Shown here: piece by piece, positions 41,420 through 55,056 of the stretch
Layout: the number at the start of each line of letters is the position of its first letter
How positions within the stretch are numbered: position 1 is the stretch's first letter
Source: Felis catus
Lineage: Eukaryota
Reading direction: 5' to 3'
NCBI RefSeq assembly: GCF_018350175.1
Contig: NC_058368.1
Coordinates: forward strand, 40,736,001 to 40,800,000
DNA: 64,000 nt
Notes under the pieces: generated by a model
Database searches by the model: none
Told to the model about the DNA's origin: nothing
What the model saw: only the letters and a program-made list of their open reading frames with translations
Position numbers and translations under genes: made by a program

Positions 41420-43900
41420 TGATTTATCAATTAATTATTATTCGCAATGCATTAAATTTTGGTGTGGTTGAATCTTTTATGATGTTTTCATTGTATTAAT
41501 TTCTGCTTTTTAATATTTTTACTACATTATTTAACCAGCATTTTTACTGCTGTCTTGAAATGAATGCATAGTTCATTGAATTCCATCATGTAGTCTTTTC
41601 TAATGCAAGCATTTAGGGCTACAGTTTTGCCTCTAAAAATGGCTAGTTGTTTTGATACCATTAGTTTCAATATCATGCAATTCAAGATATTTTACAATTT
41701 TTATTATAATTTTTATTATAATTTTCTTGCTTGTCTATCATGTAATATATTTTTCCATTTATCTTTTTATGATAATAATTTCTTGCTAAATAATACTATG
41801 TTCATAAAAATACTCTATGACTTTAGTGTTTTGAAATTTTTAGAAACTTATTTTATGGTATATGATATGTTCAGTTTTTGTAATTGTTTAATGTGTGCTT
41901 TAAAAGACCATATTATACAACTTTAAGTATTTTGCATGTATTAATTAGGTCAAATACCTAATTGTATTTCCTAATCATACATTTTTTTTGTGTGTCTTCT
42001 TTTTTCTCTGTTGTGAGCCATCAGTTACTGAGAGAAGTGTTAAAAATCCTTCACAATGGTGGCGTATTTGTCATTTTGTCCCTGAAGATCTTTCAAGTAC
42101 TTTGGTTTATATGTAGAGGTTATGTGATTAGGTACACACCAATTTTGAACTGTTATGTTTCTAATGAATTTCAGCTCTGTCATTACATATCTGCCATTGT
42201 CCCCTAAGCATGCTTATTTTTTTACAGTCTATATAGGTTTTTTTTTTCTTTTTTCTGAGATCTGAGCTAAAACAGCTTTCCTTTGGTTATATTTTGCAAA
42301 ATACATATTTTTTTCATTTGTAGATTTTATATAGGTACTTATGAGCAACATGCAATTGTATTTTTGTTTTATAGTTGTAACATTTGACAACTTAAATTTA
42401 AAAACTTCTGATATAATTTGATTTTAATCTACTACCTTACTTTTCTTTCCTTATTGTTTTTGTTCTGTTTCTTGTTCTTTCCTTTTGTGGTAGGCAGAAT
42501 TCTGATGTTCTACAAGATTTCCACTCTTTAATGTATGTACCCTGTATAATCCCCTCCTTTTTAGTGTTGGGCAGACTAGTGAATATGATGAGATAATCAC
42601 TACATGGTGAGATTACTGTCAAGTTGATTTTGAGATAGCCAAAAGGGAAATTGTCTTGGGTGGACCTACCCCAATTAGACAAGATTTAAAAGAAGGTGAT
42701 GCATCACAGAGATGTTCTTCTGCTGGCCTTTAATGGAGAAAACTGCCATATGATAGAGAGAGCCCCAGGGCAAGGATCTAGGAATAGCCTTTAGAAGTGG
42801 GTGATCCCCAACCAAGTAGCAGTAAGAAAACTGGAATGTTAGTCATATGGCCAAAATGAAATTAATTTTGCAACAACCTAATGGAGCATAGAAAAAGATC
42901 TTTTTCTGGAATGAGTTTCCAGATGAATATGCATCTGGCCAATGGCTTGATTTCAGCTTTGTGAGACTCTAAGCAGAGGACCCAGCTAAAACATGTCTAA
43001 CTTCTGAACTTTGAAAATTTGGATAATAAAATTGTGTTGTTTTAAACTGCTAAGTTTATGATAACATGTTATGTAGCAATAGAAAACAAGTGTATCTCGC
43101 TTGCCTCCTTTTGGATTGACTAGTTTTCACTTTTATTTATTCATTTTTTCTATACTGTTGGCTTCATAGTTATAATTTAACATACTTTTACTGCCTACCT
43201 TTGAATTATACCTTGCATTCCTGGTTTATCAATAATATTAATTCAAGTTTGTAGTACCCTCATATTCAATTCAGGATTTTAGAATCCATAATATATATCC
43301 TCCCTCCTAAGACACATTTTTGCTAATTTCAGTCATGTTTATTTAAGCCAAAGAAAGTGTTACTACTTTATGCTATTAATATTTATATAGATTTTGCCTC
43401 ACATTTTCATCTTAATTTTCACTCTTTTCATTCCTTCCTGCTATATGTACAAGCTTCCATCTCAGATCAGCATCTTTTGTCTCAAGAATATTCTTTAGTG
43501 TTTTATTTAGTTCAGTCCTGCATGTGACAAAATCTTTCAATTGTTTTTTTTTTTCAAAAATGTCTTTATTTCAAACTTATCTTTGAGGATATGTTTGATA
43601 GATATAAAAATGCCAGTTTGGCCAAAATTTCCAACACTCCATTTCTTGATCTTTAACCTCATGAATCTGACAAGAATTCTCCTCAAATTCACAACCTTCT
43701 CTTAATGGATTGCCAAATCCTATTAGAGGAAGACAATTCCAAATAATAACTTCATTTCTTTAAATTTTTCTTCTTTGGAACTTTTCTTAGATCACTGCCA
43801 CTTAGCTTAATCATCAATAAAATTGCTTTACGTGTATATTTTTGGATTTTCTAGATGTCTCAGGGAGAAAGGATTAGCTCAAATTATTCAAACATCATTA
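41420..43900 (-). mobile_element. Highly decayed L1M ORF2/ORF1-region remnant
   Basis: ttactgagagaagtgttaaaaatc, cagctttcctttggtta and gtctttatttca...ctttgaggata are typical reverse L1 EN/ORF1 fragments. Boundaries approximate. Confidence 0.6.
42486..43094 (+). mobile_element. MaLR MLT1E-like solo LTR inserted in the L1M remnant
   Basis: Begins tgtggtaggcagaattct and includes tataatcccctcc. Ends gtgttgttttaaactgctaagtt..gtagcaatagaaaac. Confidence 0.85.
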
Positions 43901-44027
43901 CATAACCAAAAAGACAGCCTTCAAACATTAAAAACCTTTGTTAAACAGGAATATCTAGCCATGTAACATCAAAGTTCTGATATCCCGCCTCATTAGCTAA
44001 AAAGGAGATTATTGTGTAAAAAGTCTT

Positions 44028-44270
44028 GAGGCCCCTGGGTGGCTATGTCAGTTAAGTTTCCAACTCTTGGTTTCAGCTCAGGTCATGATCTCTTATTTCA
44101 TGTGCTGGAGCCCCATGTTGGGCTCTGTGCTGATGGTGTGGAACCTGCTTGGGTTTCTCTGTCTCTCCCTCTCTCTCTGCCCCTCCCCTTCTCTCTTTCT
44201 CTCAAAGTAAATAAATAAACTTAAAAAAAAATTTAATAAAAATAAGTAAATAAACTTAAAAATTTATTTA
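44028..44270 (+). mobile_element. Can-SINE with duplicated tail
   Basis: Head gaggcccctgggtggctatgtcagttaag. TSD core aagtctt. Confidence 0.92.
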
Positions 44271-44767
44271 AGAAGTCTTTTGTAAATTGGATCTAACTCA
44301 TTTGTCATTTCACCCATTGTACTTATAATTATACTGTAATGTTAACTCAATAGTACTTGGGTATTCTGAATATTTGTTTTGTGTATATATATATATATCT
44401 GGTTTATTTAATCTTTCCTCCAGGAACTCCCTTTACCATTACCTTTTTTATAATTACTTACACTGTATAGTTGATTACAATATTATAAAATTCCTTCAAC
44501 ATCTTTATAGTTAATAAGGTTAATCTACTTTGAAAACTAAAAACATTGGATAAATGTTATTTGTATTTTGTGTGTTTTCATGTAGGCTGTGAGGCACATT
44601 TCAAAATAGGATATTAACAGAGCTTTGTTTTGAGAATATTTACTTCTTTCTACTTCATTTCAGTACACATAAAAACATTATTAGTTTTGTTTTTCAGCTT
44701 ACCTGGATGTACTTAGTACTTCTTTCCACCTCCATTCAACCTCATCTACTTCTCAAAGCCATCTTTT

Positions 44768-44990
44768 TTTAAAAATTTTTTTAACATTTATTTATTTTTG
44801 AGATACAGAGAGAGAAAGAGCACAAGCAGGGCAAGGGGCATAGACAGAGGGAGACACAGCATCTGAAGCAGGCTCTAAGCTCTGAGCTGTCAACACAGAG
44901 CCCAATGCGGGGCTCACACCCATGAACCTGCAAGATCATGACCTGAGCCAAAGTCAGATGTTTATCTGACTGAGCTACCCAGGCATCCCT
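44768..44990 (-). mobile_element. Can-SINE
   Basis: Reverse SINE body. TSD aagccatctttt. Confidence 0.94.
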
Positions 44991-45054
44991 GGAAGCCATC
45001 TTTTAAAGGCTGCCTCAACCTACTGCTTAATCTGTTTAGAAATTAGTCTAGCAC

Positions 45055-45277
45055 GGGGCATCTGGGTTGCTCAGTTGGTTAAGCGTCTGACTCTTGATTT
45101 TGGCTCAGGTCATGATCTCGTGGTTTGTGAGATAGAGCTCTGCTCTGACAGTGTAGGAGTTACTTGGGATTCTCTCTCTCTCCCTCTCTTTCTGTGCTCT
45201 CCCCCCATTCATGCGCACTTGCTCTCATTCTCTCTCTCAAAATAATAAATACACATTTTTAAAAAAGAAAAAAAAAT
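45055..45277 (+). mobile_element. Can-SINE (older; host of next SINE)
   Basis: Head ggggcatctgggttgctcag. Outer TSD agaaattagtctag at 45038-45051 and 45495-45508. Confidence 0.92.
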
Positions 45278-45494
45278 GGGGCGCCTGGGTGGCTCGTTTG
45301 GTTAAGCGTCCAACTTCGGCTCAGGTCATGATCTCGCGGTCTGTGAGCTCGGGCCCCACGTCGGGCTCTGTGCTGACCGCTCAGAGCCTGGAGTCTGTTT
45401 CAGATTCTGTGTCTCCCTCTCTCTCTGACCCTCCCCCGTTCATGCTCTGTCTCTCTCTGTCTCAAAAATAAATAAACGTTAAAAAAAATAAAAA
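45278..45494 (+). mobile_element. Can-SINE (younger, SINEC_Fc-type) inserted in the A-tail of the previous SINE
   Basis: Head ggggcgcctgggtggctc, CpG-rich body. Confidence 0.95.
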
Positions 45495-45859
45495 AGAAAT
45501 TAGTCTAGTGACCAAAAACCGTATATCTAATGTTTTCTATTTGCTGCGATGCCCACTGATACTCTTTTTCTAAATACCCCACCACACATAGATGCCTCCC
45601 ATTATCCATCATGTCAGGTGCAACATACACTTCTATAGCTGTCTTGGGTATTTTTCTAGTTCACATGAGGCATGAGTTATGCTCCCTTACCAGAGATTTT
45701 GTGCCTTCTTATATTTTAGTTAGTCCTCAGTCCTGTCAACTACAGCTTACTTCCTCCACCTTAGCCACTGGTGGGACTCTTGCTATCAGTGCACTTAATA
45801 ACCAGAGTCATGCCGCTTCTGACTTGGTATGTTACCACGACTCCTATTGGCAGTCCCCT

Positions 45860-46030
45860 AATAAATAGTTCAATTAACTGGAGAAAGTGAGTCAACCTTT
45901 CTAGGTCCTTGTTTCTTCATTGCTACAAGTGGGAGAAAAAGAATACCTAATTCATAGCATTGATGGAAATTCTAAATAATATACAACATGAAACAATTAA
46001 TAACAGTGCTGAGACCTAATGATTATTCAT
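45860..46030 (+). mobile_element. MIR SINE fragment
   Basis: aacctttctaggtccttgtttcttcattgctacaagtggg...aatacctaattcatagcattg. Confidence 0.6.
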
Positions 46031-47494
46031 GCAGTTATCATTGCCGTATTATCTTGGGTTCATCTGGTTTTTTTCTTTCTAATTTTGCATAGGGTTTTCA
46101 TGTCTAGCATGAAATCATCGGTGGGATATATTTTGTGCTCTAAAAATCTTAACTACTTCCAAAATATATTAATTGTTCATATGGTAGAGGAAAATATTCC
46201 AAAACCCACTTGCCACCTGGTTCTATCATTTTCTCTCAAAAATACATTTTTAGATATTGTGGGTAAAGTTGTTATTCTGAGGTTTGTTTGTTTGTAACTT
46301 AGGCCAAATGGCAGAGGAATGAGAAGAAAAGGCATTAACAAGAAACAAGTTACAACATATGTCCATAAGATTTTATAAACAGTATGTTCTCATGTTTACC
46401 ACTCTTACAAATATGAATCTTATGAAGTTGTTTGATAATATTGAAGCTCCATATTACAATAATCTAAGCTCTAAATAACATTGAGTCAATTAGTGAATGT
46501 GAATTTAAGGAATCATTTTTTTTTTTTTAATTTTGGATAACTACCTGAGAATGTGAAGTCAGGTCACAGTAAGAGTACATAGCTCAATACTATATTTCTT
46601 GCTCTTTTCTAGTGTGTGTCTTCCCTTGCCTTCTCATGAGATTGGAGCAGGATAAAATTGGTTAAAAAAAATCTAAATGTAACAAATTTTATTTTACAGT
46701 GTTTCAACTGTCTTAATGTGTTTGTCAAGATACATGCTAATTTTACCTTAAGAACAAATGTAGGTTAAGTGTACGGTATATTTAATTGTGTGTATGTCTT
46801 TTCAATACAGGATAGTGGAGGTATATGAAAACTTAAGAAAAAGTTGGAAAAAATGCAATGTATATATAGATCTTAGAAACAATTTTGTTTTCTTTTTTTT
46901 TACTCCTATTCCTCCTCTTCTTCCTCCTCTATATACAAGCTATGTATCTTCAAGATTGTGTAAAGAAAATTTATTAGAAAGTCTGAACATCTGAATACCT
47001 TAATTATAATCTATACAATAGTATTTTTATGTAATATAATGTTTTCCATTATACAAAGATTGAGTTTGAGAGAGGTTATGAATATTATCCAAGTAAATGT
47101 TGCTTTTAAATGATATAGTAAAATTTGATATTCGTATCCACAGTATATAATTCTAAACTGAATACAATTTTACTAATTATGTTATTACATAATCACTTAC
47201 AATTGTTAGTTTTATTTATTAAATTATTATTTATTATCTGTTATTTAAGCATTACTATTTATTGTTAAATTATGAGTTATAATTTAACTAATGAGTAGGC
47301 CACAAGTTAATAGGAGTCAATTTATGTCATACTCTCACGTGAGGCACTATATAAAATGATCTCTTGGAAATTCTTGAAACCATATATATTTATGAAATAA
47401 ATTAGTTTAGGACTATTAATTTTCACATACTATCCATTTTTTATTATTATTGTCATAAATCTAATTATATTTTTTAACCCTGCAACTTGGCAAC

Positions 47495-47977
47495 AGTGGC
47501 AGACTATTAGTGGCCTTCATAAGCAATATATCTTGGTAGACACATCCTTAGGTAGTCTACTGTCACAGCAGGTCAGCTTGGCCATGTGATATACTTTAAA
47601 CTATGTGGCATCAACAAGAATGGTACAAACAGAGGTTTGATAACTGCTTGTACATTGGGACTTGCCCTCCACATTCTCTTTTGGATCTCTAAGCCTCTAT
47701 GTGTAGATATCTAGTGACTCTGTTGTAATATTCACATGGGGTGGGGGAGGGAAGGTGTTCTGTTAGCTCCCAGATGCTCCAGCTCTCTCAGGTTCTCAGG
47801 TGAGGCTCCAGACATGAAGGAAGAAGCCATCTTGAACATCCTATCCCTATCAGACACCACAGGGAACAGATCTGTGCCCAGTTCCAGTGGCAGAATAATT
47901 CAGAACAAAAATTTGTTATTGCACTTAAGTCTTTAAGTTTTGGAGTGATCTTGTGCAGCAATAGAGAACTGGATCAG
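47495..47977 (+). mobile_element. Old MaLR LTR (MLT1F/H-like)
   Basis: cttggccatgtga..aacagaggtttgataactgcttgtacattggg..gaagaagccatcttg..taagttttggagtg..gcagcaatagagaact. Confidence 0.7.
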
Positions 47978-48905
47978 CAATATATGATTATTCTATGAGC
48001 AAACAATCGTTTATGTTCATCCACATTTATACTACCTTATTTGTTCACCTTAAAAAGCTATATCATAATCCTTTCTTCTAGAATATCTTTTGTTCTTCAT
48101 GAAATGAATCTATTTGAAGGTTCTTCAGTGACGTCTCAGATTTTGTTTGTATGAAAATGCCTTGATTTTGTTCCATTTTAGATTGATGACTTACCTTGAC
48201 CCATTCTTTACTGTCACCACTTTGAAGATAATTCACTCTCTTTGTGATTTTATTAGACTATTGACTGCTGTTAATGAGTCTAATTATATTCTGTTGTAGG
48301 CAGTCTTCCCTTTGTCCCTAGTTACTTTCTTGCTCTTTTGCATTTTTATTCTATAGTTTCACTGTGATGTGACTGGGTGTATTTTTCTTTATTTTTGCTT
48401 CATATTTGTTTTCTTTCAGTTGGAATGTGACTGAATCACATGCTACGTCAATTCTGGACAAATCCCAATCATTATATGTTCAAGTTCGGCTTCTCCTTTA
48501 TTCTCTGTCTCTTATCCTCTTGGATATTAATTTAGGCTTAGTAGGAATTTTGATTCTATTCCATTTTCTCAAAACCTATGAGTCATATTCTCTTTTTATT
48601 TATATTATTCAAAACATTTTCTGTTCTAACTTCTATTCTGTGTTCACTAATTACTTGTTCTGTGTCTTCAGTATAATACATACACTTATACATGCATATA
48701 TCGTCCTTTCAAAGTCTGTTTTTGTTCCTTTATCACACCTGCATGGTCTGATGTAGTAGTATTTTTTTATGTTTTCAATTCAATTTATTATTTTTAATAT
48801 TGATTTGTACATCCGTATTTCATAAGGCCACTGTGGATTCCAAGTCACTGGATTTTAAATTCTGTTGACTGTCACTACCAGCAGTCTGTTCAAGGAAATT
48901 TTCTT

Positions 48906-49186
48906 TCTTTTTTTTTTTTTTTCTGGCAAGTTGTCCTTTTATTTTTTTTTCTCAGCTTTATTCAGGTATAATCGACAAATAAAATTACAATATATGTAAG
49001 GTGTACAATGTGATGATCTGATATACATTGTAGTAGGATTTCCACCAACAAGTTAACACATCTGTCATCTCACATATTTCCTCCTTTTTGTGTAGATCAC
49101 GTAAGTTCTACTGTTATTAATTTCAAAACTATAATAGTGTCATCAATTATAGTCACCATGTTATACATTAGATACTTACTCATCTC
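48906..49186 (-). mobile_element. 5'-truncated L1MA-type 3' end
   Basis: Poly-T, cagctttattcaggtataatcgacaaataaaatt..aaggtgtacaatgtgatg..gtcaccatgttatacattaga. TSD core gaaattttctt on both sides. Confidence 0.75.
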
Positions 49187-50119
49187 AGAGAAATTTTCTT
49201 GAATTTTGATTCTGTGCTTTGTGGCTGCTCTAAATCTGGGAGAACACTAATGGGCCTTATTGAGTTGCTTTTCTCCAAAGAGTACTTGCTTTTGCTAAAG
49301 CCAGGGCGTTTTCTGTTGGCAACTGCTTCAATTTAACTTTTAAGCTTTGAATATTCCAGACCATATGAGTAATATGTGCTTTTAAGGCTGTGTCTATTTA
49401 TCCCGGAAGATGTTTTTTACCTGCCAAGAGCCATGGCTGAGGTCATGGAAATTGTATATAATCTGTTCCTTTGCCTGCTGCTTCATGTGATAGTCTCAGA
49501 TCTCGTAAAGGCACAAAACCTGTCTTTAGTCCTCATCACAGATGCAAAAACATGTCTCTATTTTTCTGTATGACAAATGTCAAGCAAGAGTCTTGTTTTT
49601 GTTTTGTTTTGTCTGTTGCAACATTTAGTTTTCTTAGCATTCTGGATTCCTCTTGCCTCTGTATTGAAGACACTAGATTTCCTTTTCCTTTTTTTTTTCT
49701 TCTTTCCTTTTCTTCTTGTGAGCTCTGCTATGTGGTTAAAATTACATTTATTGAAATTTACCCAATATGTAGGTGTTTTGTGCCATGATGTTTCTTGCAT
49801 GGCTGACCATATTGACTGAAAATGGCATTTCTATTTTTTATTCTCCTTTTATGACATATTATGTTTCAGTATTCTTATTCAAACTTACATTTAAATTTTT
49901 AATAGTTAAATAATCTTTTTATCTATTATTTAGAGTTATTTTAGGTTATTTGTTTAGTTCATCAACTACGTACTTGTCACAGATCTTTTAATCCTACAAT
50001 TTAGATCAGTACTCAGCCAGTATTTCATTAATATATTTACACTATTTATGTAATTTTTCTAGAAAATCTATGCAATTAATTTTGTACTTGTGGATATCAT
50101 TTCATTTGATTTATCAGTG

Positions 50120-50505
50120 AAAATATGAAGCATTGCACGAGCAGCTAAATCAATAGAAGTGTATTATCTTAAAAAACAGGAAGTTTGAAGGTATGCTGTT
50201 TTAGGTTTAATTATTCCAGCCACAGGGTAACATCAAGACCTTAATGCTCTCCATTTTTCTGTTCTGCCATTTCCTGTGTATTGGCTTTCAACCTCAAGTT
50301 TGTGTACTTATGATCACAAGATAATTTCTGCCAGCTCAAGCTTTAACTTCCTACCCGGGCAGCAACTCTTGATTAGAAGAACTGCAACTATGATTGGTTT
50401 TTCCTATGCATACATTTCTGTCAGATATTTAAGCGACATCAAGATTCTATTAACTGTGGAAGTAGGAGACTCACTAAGGTATGAAAAGTAATGGAGTCTG
50501 CTACA
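50120..50505 (-). mobile_element. Very old MaLR LTR remnant
   Basis: aacaggaagtttgaaggta..catcaagacc..ctccatttttctgttctgccat resembles reverse MLT1K/L. Confidence 0.45.
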
Positions 50506-51181
50506 ACATCCTTTAGTATATAGTAAATGCTTTGTGAATATGATAGGTATCAGTCTTTTTTATAAAGTAAATGTAACTATATGTATTTTATATATGTATA
50601 TATGTCTTATATATTTTATATATAATATATTAGACTTCATTTTATACATTTAAAAATATACATTATATATATTATATATACAAATAATTAAGTCACCCCT
50701 GACTCTTTGAAATTAAGGCTGTGCTTAACATTCTGATTTATAAAATACTACCGGAAAAGACAGAATTTTAGAGTAAAAAATGTCTGAAATGTGTATCTAC
50801 AACAACAGCACAATGAATGTGAGGATCACTCTTCTATATATTAAAGAAAGCTAAATATCTCACAAGTATAAAGGATATTTGACTTTGCATTCCTTTTTTT
50901 TTTATTTATTTATTTATTTATTTATTTTTTGGCCTTTTATTTATTTTTTTTATTTTTTTTTATATATGAAATTTATTGACAAATTGGTTTCCATACAACA
51001 CCCAGTGCTCATCCCAAAAGGTGCCCTCCTCAATACCCATCACCCACCCTCTCACCCTCCCACCCCCCATCAACCCTCAGTTTGTTCTCAGTTTTTAAGA
51101 GTCTCTTATGCTTTGACTCTCTCCCACTCTAACCTGTTTTTTTTTTTCCTTCCCCTCCCCCATGGGTTCCTGTTAAGTTTC

Positions 51182-54100
51182 TCAGGATCCACATAAGAGT
51201 GAAACCATATGGTATCTGTCCTTCTCTGTATGGCTTATTTCACTTAGCATCACACTCTCCAGTTCCATCCACGTTGCTACAAAAGGCCATGTTTCATTTT
51301 TTCTCATTGCCACGTAATATTCCATTGTGTATATAAACCACAATTTCTTTATCCATTCATCAGTTGATGGACATTTAGGCTCTTTCCATAATTTGGCTAT
51401 TGTTGAGAGTGCTGCTATGAACATTGGGGTACAAGTGGCCCTATGCATCAGTATTCCTGTATCCCTTGGATAAATTCCTAGCAGTGCTATTGCTGGGTCA
51501 TAGGGTAGGTCTATTTTTAATTTTCTGAGGAACCTCCACACTGCTTTCCAGAGCGGCTGCACCAATTTGCATTCCCACCAACAGTGCAAGAGGGTTCCCG
51601 TTTCTCCACATCCTCTCCAGCATCTAGAGTCTCCTGATTTGTTCATTTTGGCCACTCTGACTGGCGTGAGGTGATACCTGAGTGTGGTTTTGATTTGTAT
51701 TTCCCTGATAAGGAGCGACGCTGAACATTTTTTCATGTGCCTGTTGGCCATCCGGATGTCTTCTTTAGAGAAGTGTCTATTCATGTTTTCTGCCCATTTC
51801 TTCACTGGGTTATTTGTTTTTCGGGTGTGGAGTTTGGTGAGCTCTTTATAGATTTTGGATACTAGCCCTTTGTCCGATATGTCATTTGCGAATATCTTTT
51901 CCCATTCCGTTGGTTGCCTTTTAGTTTTGTTGGTTGTTTCCTTTGCTGTGCAGAAGCTTTTTATCTTCATAAGGTCCCAGTAATTCACTTTTGCTTTTAA
52001 TTCCCTTGCCTTTGGGGATGTGTCGAGTAAGAGATTGCTATGGCTGAGGTCAGAGAGGTCTTTTCCTGCTTTCTCCTCTAAGGTTTTGATGGTTTCCTGT
52101 CTCACATTTAGGTCCTTTATCCATTTTGAGTTTATTTTTGTGAATGGTGTGAGAAAGTGGTCTAGTTTCAACCTTCTGCATGTTGCTGTCCAGTTCTCCC
52201 AGCACCATTTGTTAAAGAGGCTGTCTTTTTTCCATTGGATGTTCTTTCCTGCTTTGTCAAAGATGAGTTGGCCATACGTTTGTGGGTCTAGTTCTGGGGT
52301 TTCTATTCTATTCCATTGGTCTATGTGTCTGTTTTTGTGCCAATACCATGCTGTCTTGATGATGACAGCTTTGTAGTAGAGGCTAAAGTCTGGGATTGTG
52401 ATGCCTCCTGCCTTGGTCTTCTTCTTCAAAATTCCTTTGGCTATTCGGGGCCTTTTGTGGTTCCATATGAATTTCAGGATTGCTTGTTCTAGTTTTGAGA
52501 AGAATGCTGGTGCAATTTTGATTGGGATTGCATTGAATGTGTAGATAGCTTTGGGTAGTATTGACATTTTGACAATATTTATTTTTCCAATCCATGAGCA
52601 GGGAATGTCTTTCCATTTCTTTAAATCTTCTTCAATTTCCTTCATAAGCTTTCTATAGTTTTCAGCATACAGATCCTTTACATCTTTGGTTAGATTTATT
52701 CCTAGGTATTTTATGCTTCTTGGTGCAATTGTGAATGGGATCAGTTTCTTTATTTGTCTTTCTGTTGCTTCATTGTTAGTGTATAAGAATGCAACTGATT
52801 TCTGTACATTGATTTTGTATCCTGCAACTTTGCTGAATTCCTGTATCAGTTCTAGCAGACTTTTGGTGGAGTCTATCGGATTTTCCATGTATAATATCAT
52901 GTCATCTGCAAAAAGCGAAAGCTTGACTTCATCTTTGCCAATTTTGATGCCTTTGATTTCCTTTTGTTGTCTGATTGCTGATGCTAGAACTTCCAGCACT
53001 ATGTTAAACAGCAGCGGTGAGAGTGGGCATCCTTGTCGTGTTCCTGATCTCAGGGAAAAAGCTCTCAGTTTTTCCCCATTGAGGATGATGTTAGCTGTGG
53101 GCTTTTCATAAATGGCTTTTATGATCTTTAAGTATGTTCCTTCTATCCCGACTTTCTCAAGGGTTTTTATTAAGAAAGGGTGCTGGATTTTGTCAAAGGC
53201 CTTTTCTGCATCGATTGACAGGATCATATGGTTCCTCTCTTTTTTTTTGTTAATGTGATGTATCACGTTGATTGATTTGCGAATGTTGAACCAGCCCTGC
53301 ATCCCAGGAATGAATCCCACTTGATCATGGTGAATAATTCTTTTTATATGCCATTGAATTCGATTTGCTAGTATCTTATTGACAATTTTTGCATCCATAT
53401 TCATCAGGGATATTGGCCTGTAGTTCTCTTTTTTGACTGGGTCTCTGTCTGGTTTAGGAATCAAAGTAATACTGGCTTCATAGAATGAGTCTGGAAGTTT
53501 TCCTTCCCTTTCTATTTCTTGGAATAGCTTGAGAAGGATAGGTATTATCTCTGCTTTAAACGTCTGGTAGAACTCCCCTGGGAAGCCATCTGGTCCTGGA
53601 CTCTTATTTGTTGGGAGATTTTTGATAACCGATTCAATTTCTTCGCTGGTTATGGGTCTGTTCAAGCTTTCTATTTCCTCCTGATTGAGTTTTGGAAGAG
53701 TGTGGGTGTTCAGGAATTTGTCCATTTCTTCCAGGTTGTCCAATTTGTTGGCATATATTTTTTCATAGTATTCCCTGATAATTGTTTGTATCTCTGAGGG
53801 ATTGGTTGTAATAATTCCATTTTCATTCATGATTTTATCTATTTGGGTCATTTCTCTTTTCTTTTTGAGAAGCCTGGCTAGAGGTTTGTCAATTTTGTTT
53901 ATTTTTTCAAAAAACCAACTCTTGGTTTCGTTGATCTGCTCTACAGTTTTTTTAAATTCTATATTGTTTATTTCTGCTCTGATCTTTATTATTTCTCTTC
54001 TTCTGCTGGGTTTAGGCTGCCTTTGCTGTTCTGCTTCTATTTCCTTTAGGTGTGCTGTTAGATTTTGTATTTGGGATTTTTCTTGTTTCTTGAGATAGGC

Positions 54101-55006
54101 CTGGATTGCAATGTATTTTCCTCTCAGGATTGCCTTCGCTGCGTCCCAAAGCGTTTGGATTGTTGTATTTTCATTTTCGTTTGTTTCTATATATTTTTTA
54201 ATTTCTTCTCTAATTGCCTGGTTGACCCACTCATTCGTTAGTAGGGTGTTCTTTAACCTCCATGCCTTTGGAGGTTTTCCAGACTTTTTTCTGTGGTTGA
54301 TTTCAAGCTTCATAGCATTGTGGTCTGAAAGTATGCATGGTATAATTTGAATTCTTGTAAACTTATGAAGGGCTGTTTTGTGACCCAGTATATGATCTAT
54401 CTTGGAGAATGTTCCATGTGCACTCGAGAAGAAAGTATATTCTGTTGCTTTGGGATGCAGAGTTCTAAATATATCTGTCAAGTCCATCTGATCCAATGTC
54501 TCATTCAGGGCCCTTGTTTCTTTATTGACCGTGTGTCTAGATGATCTGTCCATTTCTGTAAGTGGGGTGTTAAAGTCCCCTGCAATTACCACATTCTTAT
54601 CAATAAGGTTTCTTATGTTTATGAGTAATTGTTTTATATATTTGGGGGCTCCGGTATTCGGCGCATAGACATTTATAATTGTTAGCTCTTCCTGATGGAT
54701 AGACCCTGTAACTATTATATAATGTCCTTCTTCATCTCTTGTTACAGCCTTTAATTTAAAGTCTAGTTTGTCTGATATAAGTATGGCTACTCCAGCTTTC
54801 TTTTGGCTTCCAGTCGCATGATAAATAGTTCTCCATCCCCTCACTCTCAATCTAAAGGTGTCCTCAGGTCTAAAATGAGTCTCTTGTAGACAGCAAATAG
54901 ATGGGTCTTGTTTTTTTATCCATTCTGATACCCTATGTCTTTTGGTTGGCGCATTTAATCCATTTACATTCAGTGTTATTATAGAAAGATACGGGTTTAG
55001 AGTCAT
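51182..55006 (-). CDS. ORF2: LINE-1 ORF2p (APE-like endonuclease, reverse transcriptase, C-terminal Cys-rich domain), 1274 aa, uninterrupted
   Basis: ATG at 55006 (MTLNPYLS); the ORF track's 55060 start is an upstream GTG. EN motifs LNVNGL, CCLQETH, GDFN, IDHILG, SDH. PIP-box-like [10 protein letters not shown] motifs [37 protein letters not shown]. Cys-rich [18 protein letters not shown]. No stop or frameshift. Confidence 0.97.
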   Translation of the reverse strand: MTLNPYLSIITLNVNGLNAPTKRHRVSEWIKKQDPSICCLQETHFRPEDTFRLRVRGWRTIYHATGSQKKAGVAILISDKLDFKLKAVTRDEEGHYIIVTGSIHQEELTIINVYAPNTGAPKYIKQLLINIRNLIDKNVVIAGDFNTPLTEMDRSSRHTVNKETRALNETLDQMDLTDIFRTLHPKATEYTFFSSAHGTFSKIDHILGHKTALHKFTRIQIIPCILSDHNAMKLEINHRKKSGKPPKAWRLKNTLLTNEWVNQAIREEIKKYIETNENENTTIQTLWDAAKAILRGKYIAIQAYLKKQEKSQIQNLTAHLKEIEAEQQRQPKPSRRREIIKIRAEINNIEFKKTVEQINETKSWFFEKINKIDKPLARLLKKKREMTQIDKIMNENGIITTNPSEIQTIIREYYEKIYANKLDNLEEMDKFLNTHTLPKLNQEEIESLNRPITSEEIESVIKNLPTNKSPGPDGFPGEFYQTFKAEIIPILLKLFQEIEREGKLPDSFYEASITLIPKPDRDPVKKENYRPISLMNMDAKIVNKILANRIQWHIKRIIHHDQVGFIPGMQGWFNIRKSINVIHHINKKKERNHMILSIDAEKAFDKIQHPFLIKTLEKVGIEGTYLKIIKAIYEKPTANIILNGEKLRAFSLRSGTRQGCPLSPLLFNIVLEVLASAIRQQKEIKGIKIGKDEVKLSLFADDMILYMENPIDSTKSLLELIQEFSKVAGYKINVQKSVAFLYTNNEATERQIKKLIPFTIAPRSIKYLGINLTKDVKDLYAENYRKLMKEIEEDLKKWKDIPCSWIGKINIVKMSILPKAIYTFNAIPIKIAPAFFSKLEQAILKFIWNHKRPRIAKGILKKKTKAGGITIPDFSLYYKAVIIKTAWYWHKNRHIDQWNRIETPELDPQTYGQLIFDKAGKNIQWKKDSLFNKWCWENWTATCRRLKLDHFLTPFTKINSKWIKDLNVRQETIKTLEEKAGKDLSDLSHSNLLLDTSPKARELKAKVNYWDLMKIKSFCTAKETTNKTKRQPTEWEKIFANDISDKGLVSKIYKELTKLHTRKTNNPVKKWAENMNRHFSKEDIRMANRHMKKCSASLLIREIQIKTTLRYHLTPVRVAKMNKSGDSRCWRGCGETGTLLHCWWECKLVQPLWKAVWRFLRKLKIDLPYDPAIALLGIYPRDTGILMHRATCTPMFIAALSTIAKLWKEPKCPSTDEWIKKLWFIYTMEYYVAMRKNETWPFVATWMELESVMLSEISHTEKDRYHMVSLLCGS

Positions 55007-55056
55007 TGTGATATCTGTATGTTTTATGCTTGTAGTGATGTCTCTGGGACTTTGTC

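Noticed and set aside
51033..51078. C-rich tract (G-quadruplex-prone on the - strand)
   Set aside because: A standard known feature of L1 3'UTRs, not novel.
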